A stretch of DNA of 64,000 bases from Eledone cirrhosa (Eukaryota), in assembly GCA_964016885.1 (NCBI GenBank), contig OZ024764.1, positions 310,001 through 374,000 of the forward strand. The letters are read 5' to 3'. Shown here piece after piece: positions 1 through 13,734 of this stretch. The number at the start of each line of letters is the position of its first letter. Within the stretch, counting starts at the first letter, position 1. The notes below the pieces were generated by a model. That model saw only the letters and a program-made list of their open reading frames with translations. It ran no database searches and had not been told where the DNA came from. Both the position numbers and the translations under genes were made by a program.

Positions 1-320
1 GCCTCCTCGTATATACTTGAATATAAGTCCATCTGAATATAAGCTGACAAAGATCCCTTCTTCAAAAGATTAATAAAAGAAACTAGTATTTAAGGGTTCG
101 TGTTCACAACATGTTAGTACAAAGTACAGATGCATTGAGGTCAGAATCCCTGCATTTGATCTTTAGCTATGTACTTTTCCACAAACTTTTTGAAGCACTC
201 TTGTATAAGCAGAAAAAATGCACACATAAACACAGTTAGATGAGATAAAGAGAAAACTTAATTTGAACCGCATCAGCCACCTTCTGGTGTGCACTTGTGC
301 GCGTGTGTAAGACAACTCAC

Positions 321-403
321 CAAAATTGATCCTGTCCTTTGCACTTCTTTTCAGTAACTTCAGTAAAAGGTCTTTCAACTCTGCTGAAGTTCCAGATGGT
401 ATT
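321..403 (-). CDS. ULK1: ULK kinase exon (SIPSGTSAELKDLLLKLLKRSAKDRINF)
   Basis: Subdomain XI resembling ULK1 IPRETSAPLRQLLLALLQRNHKDRMDF; ctgtag| and |gtgagt; 83 nt, phase 2-1 matches previous exon. Confidence 0.92.
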
Positions 404-473
404 CTACAGATAGATAGACATTCAGAAAGTTACTAACAATTGGTCCATGACATATTAGCTATATATATATATA

Positions 474-946
<473 letters not shown>

Positions 947-995
947 TCCTAGACTCTGTTTTGAAATCCATATCTCACTTCCATTTTAAATAAAA

Positions 996-1066
996 TTCAT
1001 TCTGGTGATTGAAGGCAGACGTATGTGCTAAACTCGTCTGTCTTCGTGAAACCTTTGGTAAATGAA
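996..1066 (+). ncRNA. Degenerate type I hammerhead ribozyme motif
   Basis: ttcatt-CTGGTGA-(gaaggcagacg/cgtctgtcttc stem II)-GAAA-cctttgg-TA-aatgaa; core has G in place of conserved A6. Confidence 0.55.
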
Positions 1067-1094
1067 ATAATTATATCTTATGTTGTTTATTACA

Positions 1095-1139
<45 letters not shown>

Positions 1140-3124
1140 TATTTTCCGTAGTGTTGTAATATAAATATTACACACAGTAGATGGACAGCTCACGTAGTTT
1201 GCTCGACGATTCCAGTTGTAGTTCCAAACGTAATCCGGAGAAAAATAGAAGGATTTAAATGGATACAGTTTAGTTGAAAGGAATTTATTGACACGTGTTT
1301 CTATAACAGTTACATAACCTGAAAACAGCTGCTATCTACAAAGTATTAGTTATGCAGACATTCAATATTTCAATGTTATTATCAACTGTCATTTCATCGG
1401 AATAATTTTACTGAGGACCTGTTTGGTTTTTATAGAGAATATTAGGAGGGAGGGGTGAAGTTGTTAGAAGAATAGTTGAGGGAGTGGTTTTTTGATAGCA
1501 GTGAGAATTTTTGGTGGCAGTGAGTAATTAGATTCCCATCTGTTGTTTTGAAATTTTTATAGAATATATTATTGGTTATTTTTCTAAATCTATAGAAGGA
1601 TTAGAGATAGTATAAATATGCGTGGTTGGTTTTGGTTTTGCACTTAATTAACATTCAGACTTAAATTTTTCTTTCAAGTGTACGTATCCTTTCGCCCACG
1701 CATTCACACACAAACATATATGCACACCTCTACAAAATACATATACTCACATACACATACTTACATGCTCATACTTACATACATATACACATGCATACAT
1801 ATATATATATACACATATAATATATAGTAAGAAACACAGTAAACCGTGTGTCTAAAATTACAAGGGTTGAAAAACCACATATGCTTGAAATATTTAACCA
1901 AGAAACAGACAGAATGACAAAATGAAAATAAAAATATATTATCATAATAATACAAACCGCCTCAATAACCATTATATCTCTCGGACAGATTATCCCTAAT
2001 CTGTTTCGCCCTGAGTGTGTTTGTAACAGATAATCCTGGGCTTCATCAGCGAGAGATTGTGATTAAATGTCACAAACACTATTTGCCAACGTTCACACAG
2101 AAAGATGAATTTATCACCTCGTGCTCCGCCAGTCAAACGTGGTAAGCGCGTATTGAACAGAAATAACAGTCCAACACGCACAACTTAATAGCTCAACTTG
2201 TAAGGAAGCAGAAATATATATATATGAATTAGAACCCTGTAACCATTATACACACATATATACATGTACATACATACGCGTTCATGTGTATACATTTTCA
2301 TACTCAACTTATCTTTATATACACACATATAGACACACACATATATACATACATACTCCAGTCTATGTGTATATATATATATATATATATAAACACTTTA
2401 ATACATGAATACACTTACATCTAACTATACACATCAAACATATATATATATTTACTTATTTATATACATTTTCACATATATATACATACTTATGGTCGCT
2501 TTTAGACACATTCATTATAGCATATTTACACCTATTCTCATCAGCATATCTTTCCATTATTAGTGTGGTAATTTAAGGTTATTAATATACATATATATGT
2601 TGAGAAGAGATTGTTTTTATATTTTTCTAACTAGATTGAGGTTTATATAGTTGGGGGGATGTCCCTCTTTTATGTAATATTCAGCTTGTAGTGGGAAAAA
2701 AGGGTTTTAGTTCGGTGACGGCAGAATAATATTCGTTCAATTCTGTTATTCAGCAATTTCCTCTTGTGTGTGATTATGTAATAAATCTCAAGATTACACA
2801 ATTTGCAGAAATTTTAGCTCCTGGAAAAGCTTTGGGTTTTAGCTAATTTCTCCCATTTTAAATTCTCACTGCTATCAAAAAACCACTCCCTCAACTATTC
2901 TTCTAACAACTTCACCCCTCCCTCCTAATATTCTTTATAAAAACCAAACAGGTCCTCAGTAAAATTATTCCGATGAAATGACAGTTGATAATAACATTGA
3001 AATATTGAATGTCTGCATAACTAATACTTTGTAGATAGCAGCTGTTTTCAGGTTATGTAACTGTTATAGAAACACGTGTCAATAAATTCCTTTTAACTAA
3101 ACTGTATCCATTTAAATCCTTCTA
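1140..3124. mobile_element. Rearranged Penelope-like element remnant
   Basis: Minus 2860-2700 reads LKWEKLAKTQSFSRS*NFCKLCNLEIYYIITHKRKLLNNRIERILFCRHRTK, the CxLC..E..LLNxRxE..CRH end of PLE GIY-YIG domains; ~265-bp inverted repeat 1246-1511/2861-3124; internal hammerhead; (TA)n flanks. Confidence 0.72.
1976..2057 (-). ncRNA. Type I hammerhead ribozyme
   Basis: atctctcg-CTGATGA-a-gccc...gggc-GAAA-cagatta/ggga/taatctg-TC-cgagagat: intact core, 8-bp stem I, 7-bp stem III, GUC site. Confidence 0.88.
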
Positions 3125-3261
3125 TATATATATATATATAGATATATATAGTAATAATAATAAATGCGAAGACTAAAATCAAAAGAGGGCTCGATAAGGA
3201 TAAATATATATCAAATATATAAGAACCCTAGAGCAAATATTTATTAAAATAACAGATTAAA

Positions 3262-3310
3262 GTTTAAGCAAAGAATCGCTGCTTTCACCCTGAACGGGAT
3301 CTTCTGAAAC
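3262..3310 (-). ncRNA. Degenerate hammerhead-like motif
   Basis: gttt-CAGAAGA-tcccgttcagggt-GAAA-gca...tgc-TT-aaac; U4 mutated; lies between inverted arms 3151-3236 and 3454-3539. Confidence 0.4.
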
Positions 3311-3395
3311 ATAATTATATATATATATATATCATCACTGATTTTCTTGAATGAAACATTTCTAGTCCTGCAGAGGCCATTTCTATATTAAACAT

Positions 3396-3429
<34 letters not shown>

Positions 3430-4078
3430 ATTGTGGGGGTGGGGGTGGGGGGGTTGCTCTATGGTTCTTATATATTTGATATATATTTCCTTATTGAGCC
3501 CTCTTTGGATTTTAGTCGTTACATTTATTATTATTACTATATGTATATATATATATATCATCATCATCATCATCATCGTTTAATGTCCATGTTCCACGCT
3601 TGCATAGGTTTGGACGGGAGTTTTCCCACTTGAGGCAAGAGTGGTTGTCTTGCTCATATAGGACTGTCTGGCGGGTTTTCTACAGCTGGATGCCCTTCCT
3701 AACACCAACCACATTTACAGTGTGGGGCTGGGAGGTTTTTACTGTGTTGCCTTCACGGCCACATTACAGCGTGGACTGTCTGGCGGGTTTTCTACAGCTG
3801 GATGCCCTTCCTAACACCAACCACATTTACAGTGTGGGGCTGGGAGGTTTTTACCGTGTTACCTACACGGCCACATTACAGCGTGGACTGTGTGTTTTTT
3901 TAATAATATTATTTATAGTTATGTATACACTATATACAACTATAAACAGGAAAGGTCAGTAATTCATTACTACCTTATTACCAGTTAGAAAAATAGCTCA
4001 ATGTAAATACATCAGATGTTTTACAGAGAAGGAATATAAATTACACAACAATCAAAGCTATGTTCAAATCATTCTATA

Positions 4079-4123
4079 GCTGACAATCGTTTCTTCCAAA
4101 CTTTCGTTTGGAATCATCGGAGC
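4079..4123 (-). ncRNA. Hammerhead motif, U4C variant of the 9803 family
   Basis: gct-CCGATGA-ttccaaac gaaa gtttggaa-GAAA-cgattg-TC-agc. Confidence 0.6.
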
Positions 4124-4267
4124 ACTAGCAATGTTTGTACATATAATTAACCTCCTATTCAACTGAACAATCATATAGATACATGGATATTAATGTTGTC
4201 ATCAGTTTCGTATTTACAGAGTGGATCGTATTTACAAGGGAATTGTATAATAATTAAAATTAAAACT

Positions 4268-4328
<61 letters not shown>

Positions 4329-4435
4329 ATATATATATATATATATGTAAAAGGTAAACAGAAATAACAACACAATCGGTAGAGTATATCAGAAGGGATA
4401 TATTAGGTTAACACTTGAAATAGCAAGAAGAGGGT

Positions 4436-4470
4436 TTTAACGTTTCGGACACTAGTCCTTCATCAGAAGA
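4436..4470 (-). ncRNA. Minimal hammerhead ribozyme motif (Penelope type)
   Basis: CTGATGA-a-ggac tagt gtcc-GAAA-cgt-TA with palindromic AACGTT at stem III. Confidence 0.75.
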
Positions 4471-4603
4471 AAGAATGAGAAATAAGATAGATTGAAGGGA
4501 TGGGTGGGGTGGAATTGGAAAAAATGCCTTTAGATAAAAATAACAGGTCCATTCATGTTGACATCTCTTGCAAAACTCTATATATATATATATATATAAA
4601 TAT

Positions 4604-4937
4604 TCATTTCATTTCATTTTACGTCCGCTTTTCCCTGCTTGCAAGGGTGGGACGGGAACTGATTCTGGCTTGATTTCTACAGCCGGATGCCCTTCCTAAC
4701 ACCAACCTCATTTACAGTGAGTGCTGGGTGCTTTTTTGCCGTGGCACCTCCACAACCACTTTACAGTGGAATGATAGGGACCCCAGTCCCTATCATCTCA
4801 TTTCTACAGCTGAGTAAACTGGAGCAATGTGAAATAAAGTGTCTTGCTCAAGGAAACAACACATCACCCAGTCTGAGAATTGAACTCACAACCTTTCGAT
4901 TGCAAGGCCAATGCTCTAACCACTAAGCCATGTGCTT

Positions 4938-4939
<2 letters not shown>
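4604..4939 (-). mobile_element. SINE family A
   Basis: Near-identical to 474-822. Confidence 0.9.
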
Positions 4940-4989
<50 letters not shown>

Positions 4990-5382
4990 TATATTTACAC
5001 AAACACACACACATATATATACATATATATACACACACACATATATATACATATATATACACACACATATATATATATATATAGCTACATATACACACAG
5101 ACAACAAGATAATATATATACATCTACTCACGTTAACACTATACAATGTATGTTTATACCCAAACTGTATACACACCATTTTATACACTAAATTATTTCA
5201 ACATTGACATAATATTTACATTACAATTAATAACAATAACACCAACACTGATAACAGTGATGACGGTGGTGATGACGGTGGTGGTGGTGATGACGATATT
5301 CTGATGGTAAACAACAACAATAACAGGACTGATAACAGTGGTGGTGATGGTGATGATGATGATAATGATATAGTGATGGGGA

Positions 5383-7190
5383 TGTAGGTGTCATGACAAA
5401 CAACACCAAGTCACCACTGTAAAGTGGTCATGTAGGTGTCACAACAAAAAGTACCCAGCCCACACTGTAAAGTGGTCATGTAGGTGTCACAACAAAAAGT
5501 ACCCAGTCCACACTGTAAAGTGGTCATGTAGGTGTCACAACAAAAAGTACCCATTCCACACTGTAAAGTGGTCATGTAGGTGTCACAACAAAAAGTACCC
5601 AGTCCACACTGTAAAGTGGTCATGTAGGTGTCACAACAAAAAGTACCCATTCCACACTGTAAAGTGGTCATGTAGGTGTCACAACAAAAAGTATCCAGTC
5701 CACACTGTAAAGTGGTCATATAGGTGTCACAACAAAAAGTACCCAGTCCACACTGTAAAGTGGTCATGTAGGTGTCACAACAAAAAGTACCCAGTCCACA
5801 CTGTAAAGTGATCATGTAGGTGTCACAACAAAAAGCACCCAGTCCACACTGTAAAGTGGTCATGTAGGTGTCACAACAAAAAGTACCCAGTCCACACTGT
5901 AAAGTGGTCATATAGGTGTCACAACAAAAAGTACCCAGTCCACACTGTAAAGTGGTCATGTAGGTGTCACAACAAAAAGTACCCAGTCCACACTGTAAAG
6001 TGATCATGTAGGTGTCACAACAAAAAGCACCCAGTCCACACTGTAAAGTGGTCATGTAGGTGTCACAACAAAAAGTACCCAGTCCACCCTGTAAAGTGGT
6101 CATGTAGGTGTCACAACAAAAAGTACCCAGCCCACACTGTAAAGTAGTCATGTAGGTGTCACAACAAAAAGTACCCATTCCACACTGTAAAGTGGTCATG
6201 TAGGTGTCACAACAAAAAGTACCCAGTCCACACTGTAAAGTGGTCATGTAGGTGTCACAACAAAAAGTACCCATTCCACACTGTAAAGTGGTCATGTAGG
6301 TGTCACAACAAAAAGTACCCAGCCCACACTGTAAAGTGGTCATGTAGGTGTCACAACAAAAAGTACCCATTCCAGACTGTAAAGTGGTCATGTAGGTGTC
6401 ACAACAAAAAGTATCCAGTCCACACTGTAAAGTGGTCATATAGGTGTCACAACAAAAAGTACCCAGTCCACACTGTAAAGTGGTCATGTAGGTGTCACAA
6501 CAAACAACACCCAGTCCACTCTGTAAAGTGGTCATGTAGGTGTCACAACAAACAACACCCAGTCTACACTGTAAAGTGGTCATGTAGGTGTCACAACAAA
6601 CAACACCCAGTCCACACTGTAAAGTGGTCATGTAGGTGTCACAACAAAAAGTACCCAGTCCAAAATGTAAAGTGGTCATGTAGGTGTCACAACAAACAAC
6701 ACCCAGTCCACACTGTAAAGTGGTCATGTAGGTGTCACAACAAAAAGTACCCAGTCCACAATGTAAAGTGGTCATGTAGGTGTCACAACAAACAACACCC
6801 AGTCCACTCTGTAAAGTGGTCATGTAGGTGTCACAACAAAAAGTACCCAGTCCACAATGTAAAGTGGTCATGTAGGTGTCACAACAAACAACACCCAGTC
6901 CACACTGTAAAGTGGTCATGTAGGTGTCACAACAAACAGCACCCAGTCTACACTGTAAAGTGGTCATGTAGGTGTCATAACAAATAGCACCCAGTCCACA
7001 CTGTAAAGTGGTCATGTAGGTGTCACAACAAACAACACCCAGTCCACACTGTAAAGTGGTCATGTAGGTGTCACAACAAACAGCACCCAGTCTACACTGT
7101 AAAGTGGTCATGTAGGGGTCACAACAAAAAGTACCCTGTCCACACTGTAAAGCAGTCATGTAGGTGTCACAACACCCAGTCCCCACTGTA
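5383..7190. repeat. 48-bp minisatellite, ~37 units
   Basis: Unit cacactgtaaagtggtcatgtaggtgtcacaacaaaaagtacccagtc. Confidence 0.95.
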
Positions 7191-7531
7191 AATATGGTGA
7201 CATTACGTCAGTGGTATGATAACACTTTTGTCAATATGGTGACAACATTGTGAAGGCTAACAACAACAACAGTGACAATGGCATGTTGACAACAACAATG
7301 TTATAGCGGTGTGGTGGTGGTGGCGGGACAATGGTAGTGGTGGTGTGGTGAAATGACATCAACACCACCAACAACAACAACAATATACTACAATGGCTTA
7401 CCTAGACACAAGGTCATAAATATTTTGGGTGGTGACTTCATGGGTGGGATGGGGTGGGGTGGTAGTAGTGGAGGTGGAGGGGAAATGTTGGTGTGATGGT
7501 GTTGGGATGATATTTATATATATATATATAT

Positions 7532-7880
7532 GGAGGCACATGGCTTAGTGGTTAGAGCATTGGTCTTGCAATCGAAAGGTTGTGAGTTCAATTCTCAGAC
7601 CGGGTGATGTGTTGTTTCCTTGAGCAAGACACTTTATTTCACATTGCTCCAGTTTACTCAGCTGTAGAAATGAGATGATAGGACTGGGGTCCATATCATC
7701 CCACTGTAAAGTGGTCGTGGAGGGGCCACGGCAAAAAAGCACCCAGCCCTCACTGTAAATGAGGTTGGTGTTAGGAAGGGCATCCAGCTGTAGAATCAAG
7801 CCAAAATCAATTCCCGTCCCACCCTTGCAAGCAGGGAAAAGCGGACGTAAAATGAAATGATGATGATGATGATGATGATA
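7532..7880 (+). mobile_element. SINE family A
   Basis: Full-length copy. Confidence 0.9.
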
Positions 7881-7904
7881 TATATATATATCATTAGACA
7901 GTAG

Positions 7905-8582
7905 AAGTCGCATTGATAGACACATTCTTCAAATGCAGGAGGGCGCTATAGAAGTGGTGGATAGCTTCCGGTACCTAGGAGATCAGATTAGCATGGGAGG
8001 AGGGTGTTCCGAGGCCATAGTATCTAGAATAAGGACGGGTTGGAAGAAGTTTAGGGAGCTGCTTCCTCTGTTGACGAAGAAGGGTTTCTCCCTGCGTACG
8101 AAAGGCCGGTTGTATGATGCTTGTGTGAGGAGCGCGATGCTGCATGGTAGTGAGACATGGGCAGCATCTGCAGAGGATATGCGACGGCTGGAGAGAAATG
8201 AAGCAAGCATGCTCCGTTGGATGTGCAGTGTAAATGTGCGTGAACGACCCAGCATAAATGTGTTGAGAGAGAAACTGTGTCTGAGAGGGATAGAATGTAG
8301 TGTACGGAGGAGGAGACTGAGGTGGTATGGACATGTGATGCGCATGGAGGATGACCGATGGGTGAAGAAGTGCCAGGAATTGCCAGTTGAAGGAAGACGT
8401 GGTAGAGGTAGACCACGAAAAACATGGGCGGAGGTGGTGAGAACAGACCTCAAATCATTGAAGCTCACGGTGGAGATGACGAGGGACCGTGACGAGTGGA
8501 GATATGCTGTGCTGAATAAGACCCCTCCTTCCTTTGCAAGCAGGAAAAAGCGGACGTAAAATGATGATGATGATCATCATCA
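7905..8582 (+). mobile_element. RTE LINE 3' fragment
   Basis: FRYLGD...GSETW...RLRWYGHVMRM...RGRGRPRKTW, (GAT)n tail. Confidence 0.92.
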
Positions 8583-8729
8583 TCCCCAGCACCATCACAC
8601 CAACATTTCCCCTCCACCTCCACTACTACCACGCCACCCTATCTCACCCATGAAGTCACCACCCAAAATATTTATGACCTTGTGTCTATGCATATATATG
8701 TATATGTGTTTGTATATGTGTATATATGA

Positions 8730-9150
8730 ATCATCATCATCATCATCATTGTTTAACGTCCATGTTCCATGCTTGCATGGGTTTAGACGGGAGTTTTCCC
8801 ACTTGAGGCAAGAGTGGTTGTCTTGCTCGCATAGGACTGTCTGGCAGGTTTTCTACAGCTGGATGCCCTTCCTAACACCAACCATATTTACAGTGTGGGG
8901 CTGGGAGGTTTTTACCGTGTTACCTACATGGCCACATTACAACGTGGATGTGTGTGTTTTGTCGTGACACCTACACAACCTCATTTGTTTCGGACTGGAT
9001 GTTGTGGTACCAACATAACTTTACAGAGAGAAGGTGGTGTGGATGGGGTGGTGGTAGTGGGACGGGGGTGTATTTTTGTTAGAGGTGCCTACTGACTGTA
9101 GTAGGTTTCACTTTGTACTTAGGCAAGGGGGGTCTTCTGTATTACTGTGT
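8730..9150 (-). mobile_element. 5'-truncated copy of the RTE 3' UTR of 38060-38465
   Basis: Colinear with the LINE ORF end and UTR; other fragments at 3557-3898, 15655-15790, 48948-49080, 49944-50076. Confidence 0.82.
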
Positions 9151-9802
9151 AGCGCCAAATATATGTGTATATATATATAATAATTGTTTCTACTTTTAGG
9201 CACAAGGCCAGCAAATTACCCAGTGCATTACTGGTACTTTATTTTATCGACCCCATAAGGATGAAAGGCAAAGTTTAAATAATAATAATACTATTTATAG
9301 TTATGTATATAATATAAACAACTATAAACAGGAAAGGTCAGCAATTTATTACTACCTTATTACCAGTAAGAGAAATAGCTCATCAGTTGTTTTACAGAGC
9401 AGGAAAATAAATAAATTAGACAATTATCAAAGTTGTGTTCAAATCATTTGTTTAAAATACAGTATTTATTTATCTATATATGCCTAATAACTTTGTTTAT
9501 TTCCTTCTCATATATATGACTAACGCATGTGCACTCTCCACACGTCTGCATATGTACTGCTAATGAACTCTTTCTTTCTCAATGCCTCTTTAATTATTAG
9601 ACAATTCTCTTGTATTATCTGTTGCATGTATTCCACTCTGTGCTTTTAATTTGAATTTGAATTTTTGTATAATTCTCGTAAAATATGTCGCATCCATTCC
9701 ACCCTGTAAATACGAAACTGTTGCTCACAACATCAATATATATGTATCTATATGATTGTTCAGTTGAATAGGAGGTTAATTACATGTACAAACATTGATA
9801 AT

Positions 9803-9847
9803 GCTCTGATGACTCCAAACGAGAGTTTGGAAGAAACGATTGTCAGC
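9803..9847 (+). ncRNA. Minimal type I hammerhead ribozyme
   Basis: gct-CTGATGA-c-tccaaac gaga gtttgga-a-GAAA-c gatt g-TC-agc. Confidence 0.82.
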
Positions 9848-10305
9848 TATTAAATGATTTGAACACAATTTTGATAATTGTCTAATTTATTTATATATAT
9901 ATGTATATATGTGTTTGTATATATGTATATATATGTGTATATATATATATGTGTGTATAGATGTGTATGTATGCATGTATATATGTGTATGTATGTCTAT
10001 GTGTATATATATAAGTATATATTATTGTATATATGTGTAAATATCATCATCACATTGTTTTACGTCCATTCTTCCAAGCTAGCATGGGTTAGACGGGTTG
10101 TCCTATTGTGGGCAGTGTCTGGACAGCTGAGCATGCCTTGCTTATACGGGATGTGTATATATGTATATATATGTGTGTGTGTGTGTATGTGTATATATGC
10201 GTATAAGTATATATATGTGTATGTATGTGTGTGTATATATGCGTATAAGTATATATATGTGTATGTATATGTGTGTATATATGCGTATAAGTATATATAT
10301 GTGTA

Positions 10306-10356
<51 letters not shown>

Positions 10357-10749
10357 GTGTGTGTGTGTGAGTATGTATATGTGTATATATATGTATATAT
10401 ATATATATGTATGTGAGAGGTGGTGGAGGCGGAGGGGGGGGGGGGTAAACAAACCAATGATCATATCAACAAAGTACTTGACTGTTCCATTTAATCTTAT
10501 CACCACTACCCTCCCTCCATCCCACAGGAAGTTGGTTTAGATAAGTCTGACATGAGGCACTTCTATGCTATGGAAGGTCAGAGAAGATTTTTGACAGTTC
10601 AAATATGACGAATCTGTGTGTGTTTATGTATGTATGTGAATGTGTGTATAGTGCAGACTCACACATCCACCCAGGGGACACCTCTTAATCCACTACACCC
10701 CCCTCCTTCCATACACCACCCTCCCATTTCTGCTCACACCACTCTTACT

Positions 10750-11860
10750 CTGTAAAGTTATATTGTTATCACAAAAGCACCCAGTCCACACTGTGAAGTG
10801 GTCATGTAGGTGTCACAACAAAAAGTACCCAGTCCACACTGTAAAGTGGTCATGTAGGTGTCATGACAAAAAGCACCCAGTCCACACTGTAAAGTAGTCA
10901 TGTAGGTGTCACAACAAAAAGTACCCAGTCCACACTGTATAGTGGTCATGTAGGTGTCACAACAAAAAGTACCCAGTCCACACTGTAAAGTGGTCATGTA
11001 GGTGTCACAACAAAAAGTACCCAGTCCACACTGTAAAGTGGTCATGTAGGTGTCACAACAAACAACACCCAGTCCACACTGTAAAGTGGTTGTGTAGGTG
11101 TCACAACAAACAACACCCAGTCCACACTGTAAAGTGGTCATGTAGGTGTCACAACAAACAACACCCAGTCCACGCTGTAAAGTGGTTGTGTAGGTGTCAC
11201 AACAAACAACACCCAGTCCACACTGTAAAGTGGTCATGTAGGTGTCATGACAAAAAGTACTCAGTACACACTGTAAAGTGGTCATGTAGGTGTCATGACA
11301 AAAAGTACCCAGTCCACACTGTAAAGTGGTCATGTAGGTGTCACAACAAAAAGTACCCAGTCCACACTGTAAAGTGGTCATGTAGGTGTCACAACAAAAA
11401 GCACCCAGTCCACACTGTAAAGTAGTCATGTAGGTGTCACAACAAAAAGTACCCAGTCCACACTGTATAGTGGTCATGTAGGTGTCACAACAAAAAGTAC
11501 CCAGTCCACACTGTAAAGTGGTCATGTAGGTGTCACAACAAAAAGTACCCAGTCCACACTGTAAAGTGGTCATGTAGGTGTCACAACAAACAACACCCAG
11601 TCCACACTGTAAAGTGGTTGTGTAGGTGTCACAACAAACAACACCCAGTCCACACTGTAAAGTGGTCATGTAGGTGTCACAACAAACAACACCCAGTCCA
11701 CGCTGTAAAGTGGTTGTGTAGGTGTCACAACAAACAACACCCAGTCCACACTGTAAAGTGGTCATGTAGGTGTCATGACAAAAAGTACCCAGTCCACACT
11801 GTAAAGTGGTCATGTAGGTGTCATGACAAAAAGTACCCAGTCCACACTGTAAAGTGGTTG
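10750..11860. repeat. 48-bp minisatellite, ~23 units, with a 528-bp higher-order duplication
   Basis: Same unit; variant pattern repeats at 11090 and 11618. Confidence 0.95.
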
Positions 11861-12422
11861 GTGTGTATGTATGTGTGTGTAGGTGTGTATGTATGTGTGT
11901 GTGTAGGTGTGTATGTATGTGTGTGTGTAGGTGTGTATGTGTGTGTGTGTGTAGCCAGACAGAATGGAGGGAGGTAGACAGAAAGATAGTAGGTGGGTAA
12001 ATAGATAAATAGCTACGTAGGTAAGCAGGAAGGTGTTCATGTATCATGGCAGGCTGGCAGTGAAATAGGTAGATAGGAATGTGGGTGGGTAGGTAGGTAG
12101 GTAGGTAGGGATGTATGTAGGTAGGAAAGTAAATAGGTAATTAGGCAGCAGACATAAAGGTAGATAGGTAGACAGACAGGTAAGAGTACGTACGAGGGTT
12201 TCAATTCGCTATGTTGGTAGGTAGACAGGTAAATAAATAAGTAGACAGGTAAGAGACAGGTAAGAGTACGTACGAGGGTTTCAATTCGCTATGTTGGTAG
12301 GTAGACAGGTAAATAAATAAGTAGACAGGTAAGAGTACGTACGAGGGTTTCAATTCGCTATGTTGGTAGGTAGATAGGTAAATAAATAAGTAGACAGGTA
12401 AGAGACAGTTAAGAGTACGTAC

Positions 12423-12583
12423 GAGGGTTTCAATTCGCTATGTTTCTCATAGAACTGCTTCAGTTGTTGGGGGGTCTGTGCCTGGAACGGGGCTTTGCCA
12501 GTTAAACATTGAAAGACAATAGTCCCAATACTCCACAGGTCAGCTTTGGCATCGTATTGGAGGGACATTATTACTTCTGGGGC
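12423..12583 (-). CDS. ULK1: ULK kinase exon (APEVIMSLQYDAKADLWSIGTIVFQCLTGKAPFQAQTPQQLKQFYEKHSELKP)
   Basis: APE and DLWS motifs; tttttcag| and |gtacgt; 161 nt, phase 0-2. Confidence 0.95.
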
Positions 12584-13720
12584 CTGAAAAATACATATTG
12601 GGGGGACATTATTACTTCTGGGGCCTGAAAAATACATATTGGGGGGACATTATTACTTCTGGAGCCTGAAAAATACATATTGGAGGGACATTATTACTTC
12701 TGGGGCCTGAAAAATACATATTGGGGGGACATTATTACTTCTGGGGCCTGAAAAATACATATTGGGGGGACATTATTACTTCTGGGGCCTGAAAAATACA
12801 TATTGGGGGGACATTATTACTTCTGGGGCCTGAAAAATACATATTGGGGGGACATTATTACTTCTGGGGCCTGAAAAATACATATTGGGGGGACATTATT
12901 ACTTCTGGGGCCTGAAAAATACATATTGGAGGGACATTATTACTTCTGGGGCCTGAAAAATACATATTGGGGGGACATTATTACTTCTGGGGCCTGAAAA
13001 ATACATATTGGGGGGACATTATTACTTCTGGGGCCTGAAAAATACATATTGGAGGGACATTATTACTTCTGGGGCCTGAAAAATACATATTGGGGGGACA
13101 TTATTACTTCTGGGGCCTGAAAAATACATATTGGGGGGACATTATTACTTCTGGGGCCTGAAAAATACATATTGGGGGGACATTATTACTTCTGGAGCCT
13201 GAAAAATACATATTGGAGGGACATTATTACTTCTGGGGCCTGAAAAATACATATTGGAGGGACATTATTACTTCTGGAGCCTGAAAAATACATATTGGGG
13301 GGACATTATTACTTCTGGGGCCTGAAAAATACATATTGGAGGGACATTATTACTTCTGGGGCCTGAAAAATACATATTGGGGGGACATTATTACTTCTGG
13401 GGCCTGAAAAATACATATTGGGGGGACATTATTACTTCTGGAGCCTGAAAAATACATATTGGAGGGACATTATTACTTCTGGGGCCTGAAAAATACATAT
13501 TGGAGGGACATTATTACTTCTGGAGCCTGAAAAATACATATTGGGGGGACATTATTACTTCTGGGGCCTGAAAAATACATATTGGAGGGACATTATTACT
13601 TCTGGGGCCTGAAAAATACATATTGGGGGGACATTATTACTTCTGGGGCCTGAAAAATACATATTGGGGGGACATTATTACTTCTGGGGCCTGAAAAATA
13701 CATGTATACAACATTATATA
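12555..13720. repeat. 41-bp tandem array containing a ULK splice acceptor and exon start
   Basis: Minus unit tgtatttttcag|GCCCCAGAAGTAATAATGTCCCYCCAATA; 27 units upstream of the real one. Confidence 0.95.
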
Positions 13721-13734
13721 TATGAAAAAAGAAA

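Noticed and set aside
144-200. Possible next ULK exon after 321 (ECFKKFVEKY...)
   Set aside because: Does not match the expected DEFFxHxFL-like sequence and hits a stop quickly
4687-4926. Recurrent 79-aa [20 protein letters not shown]...
   Set aside because: Antisense reading of SINE A; its recurrence reflects copy number
5411-7186. 591-aa Cys-rich ORF (also 10758-12047 and 61514-63652) resembling a keratin-associated or metallothionein-like protein
   Set aside because: The 48-bp unit is a multiple of 3 without a stop in one frame and derives from retroposon non-coding sequence; no gene structure is evident
7532-7600. tRNA-like sequences at SINE heads
   Set aside because: A and B boxes are present but there is no complete cloverleaf, and they run into SINE bodies
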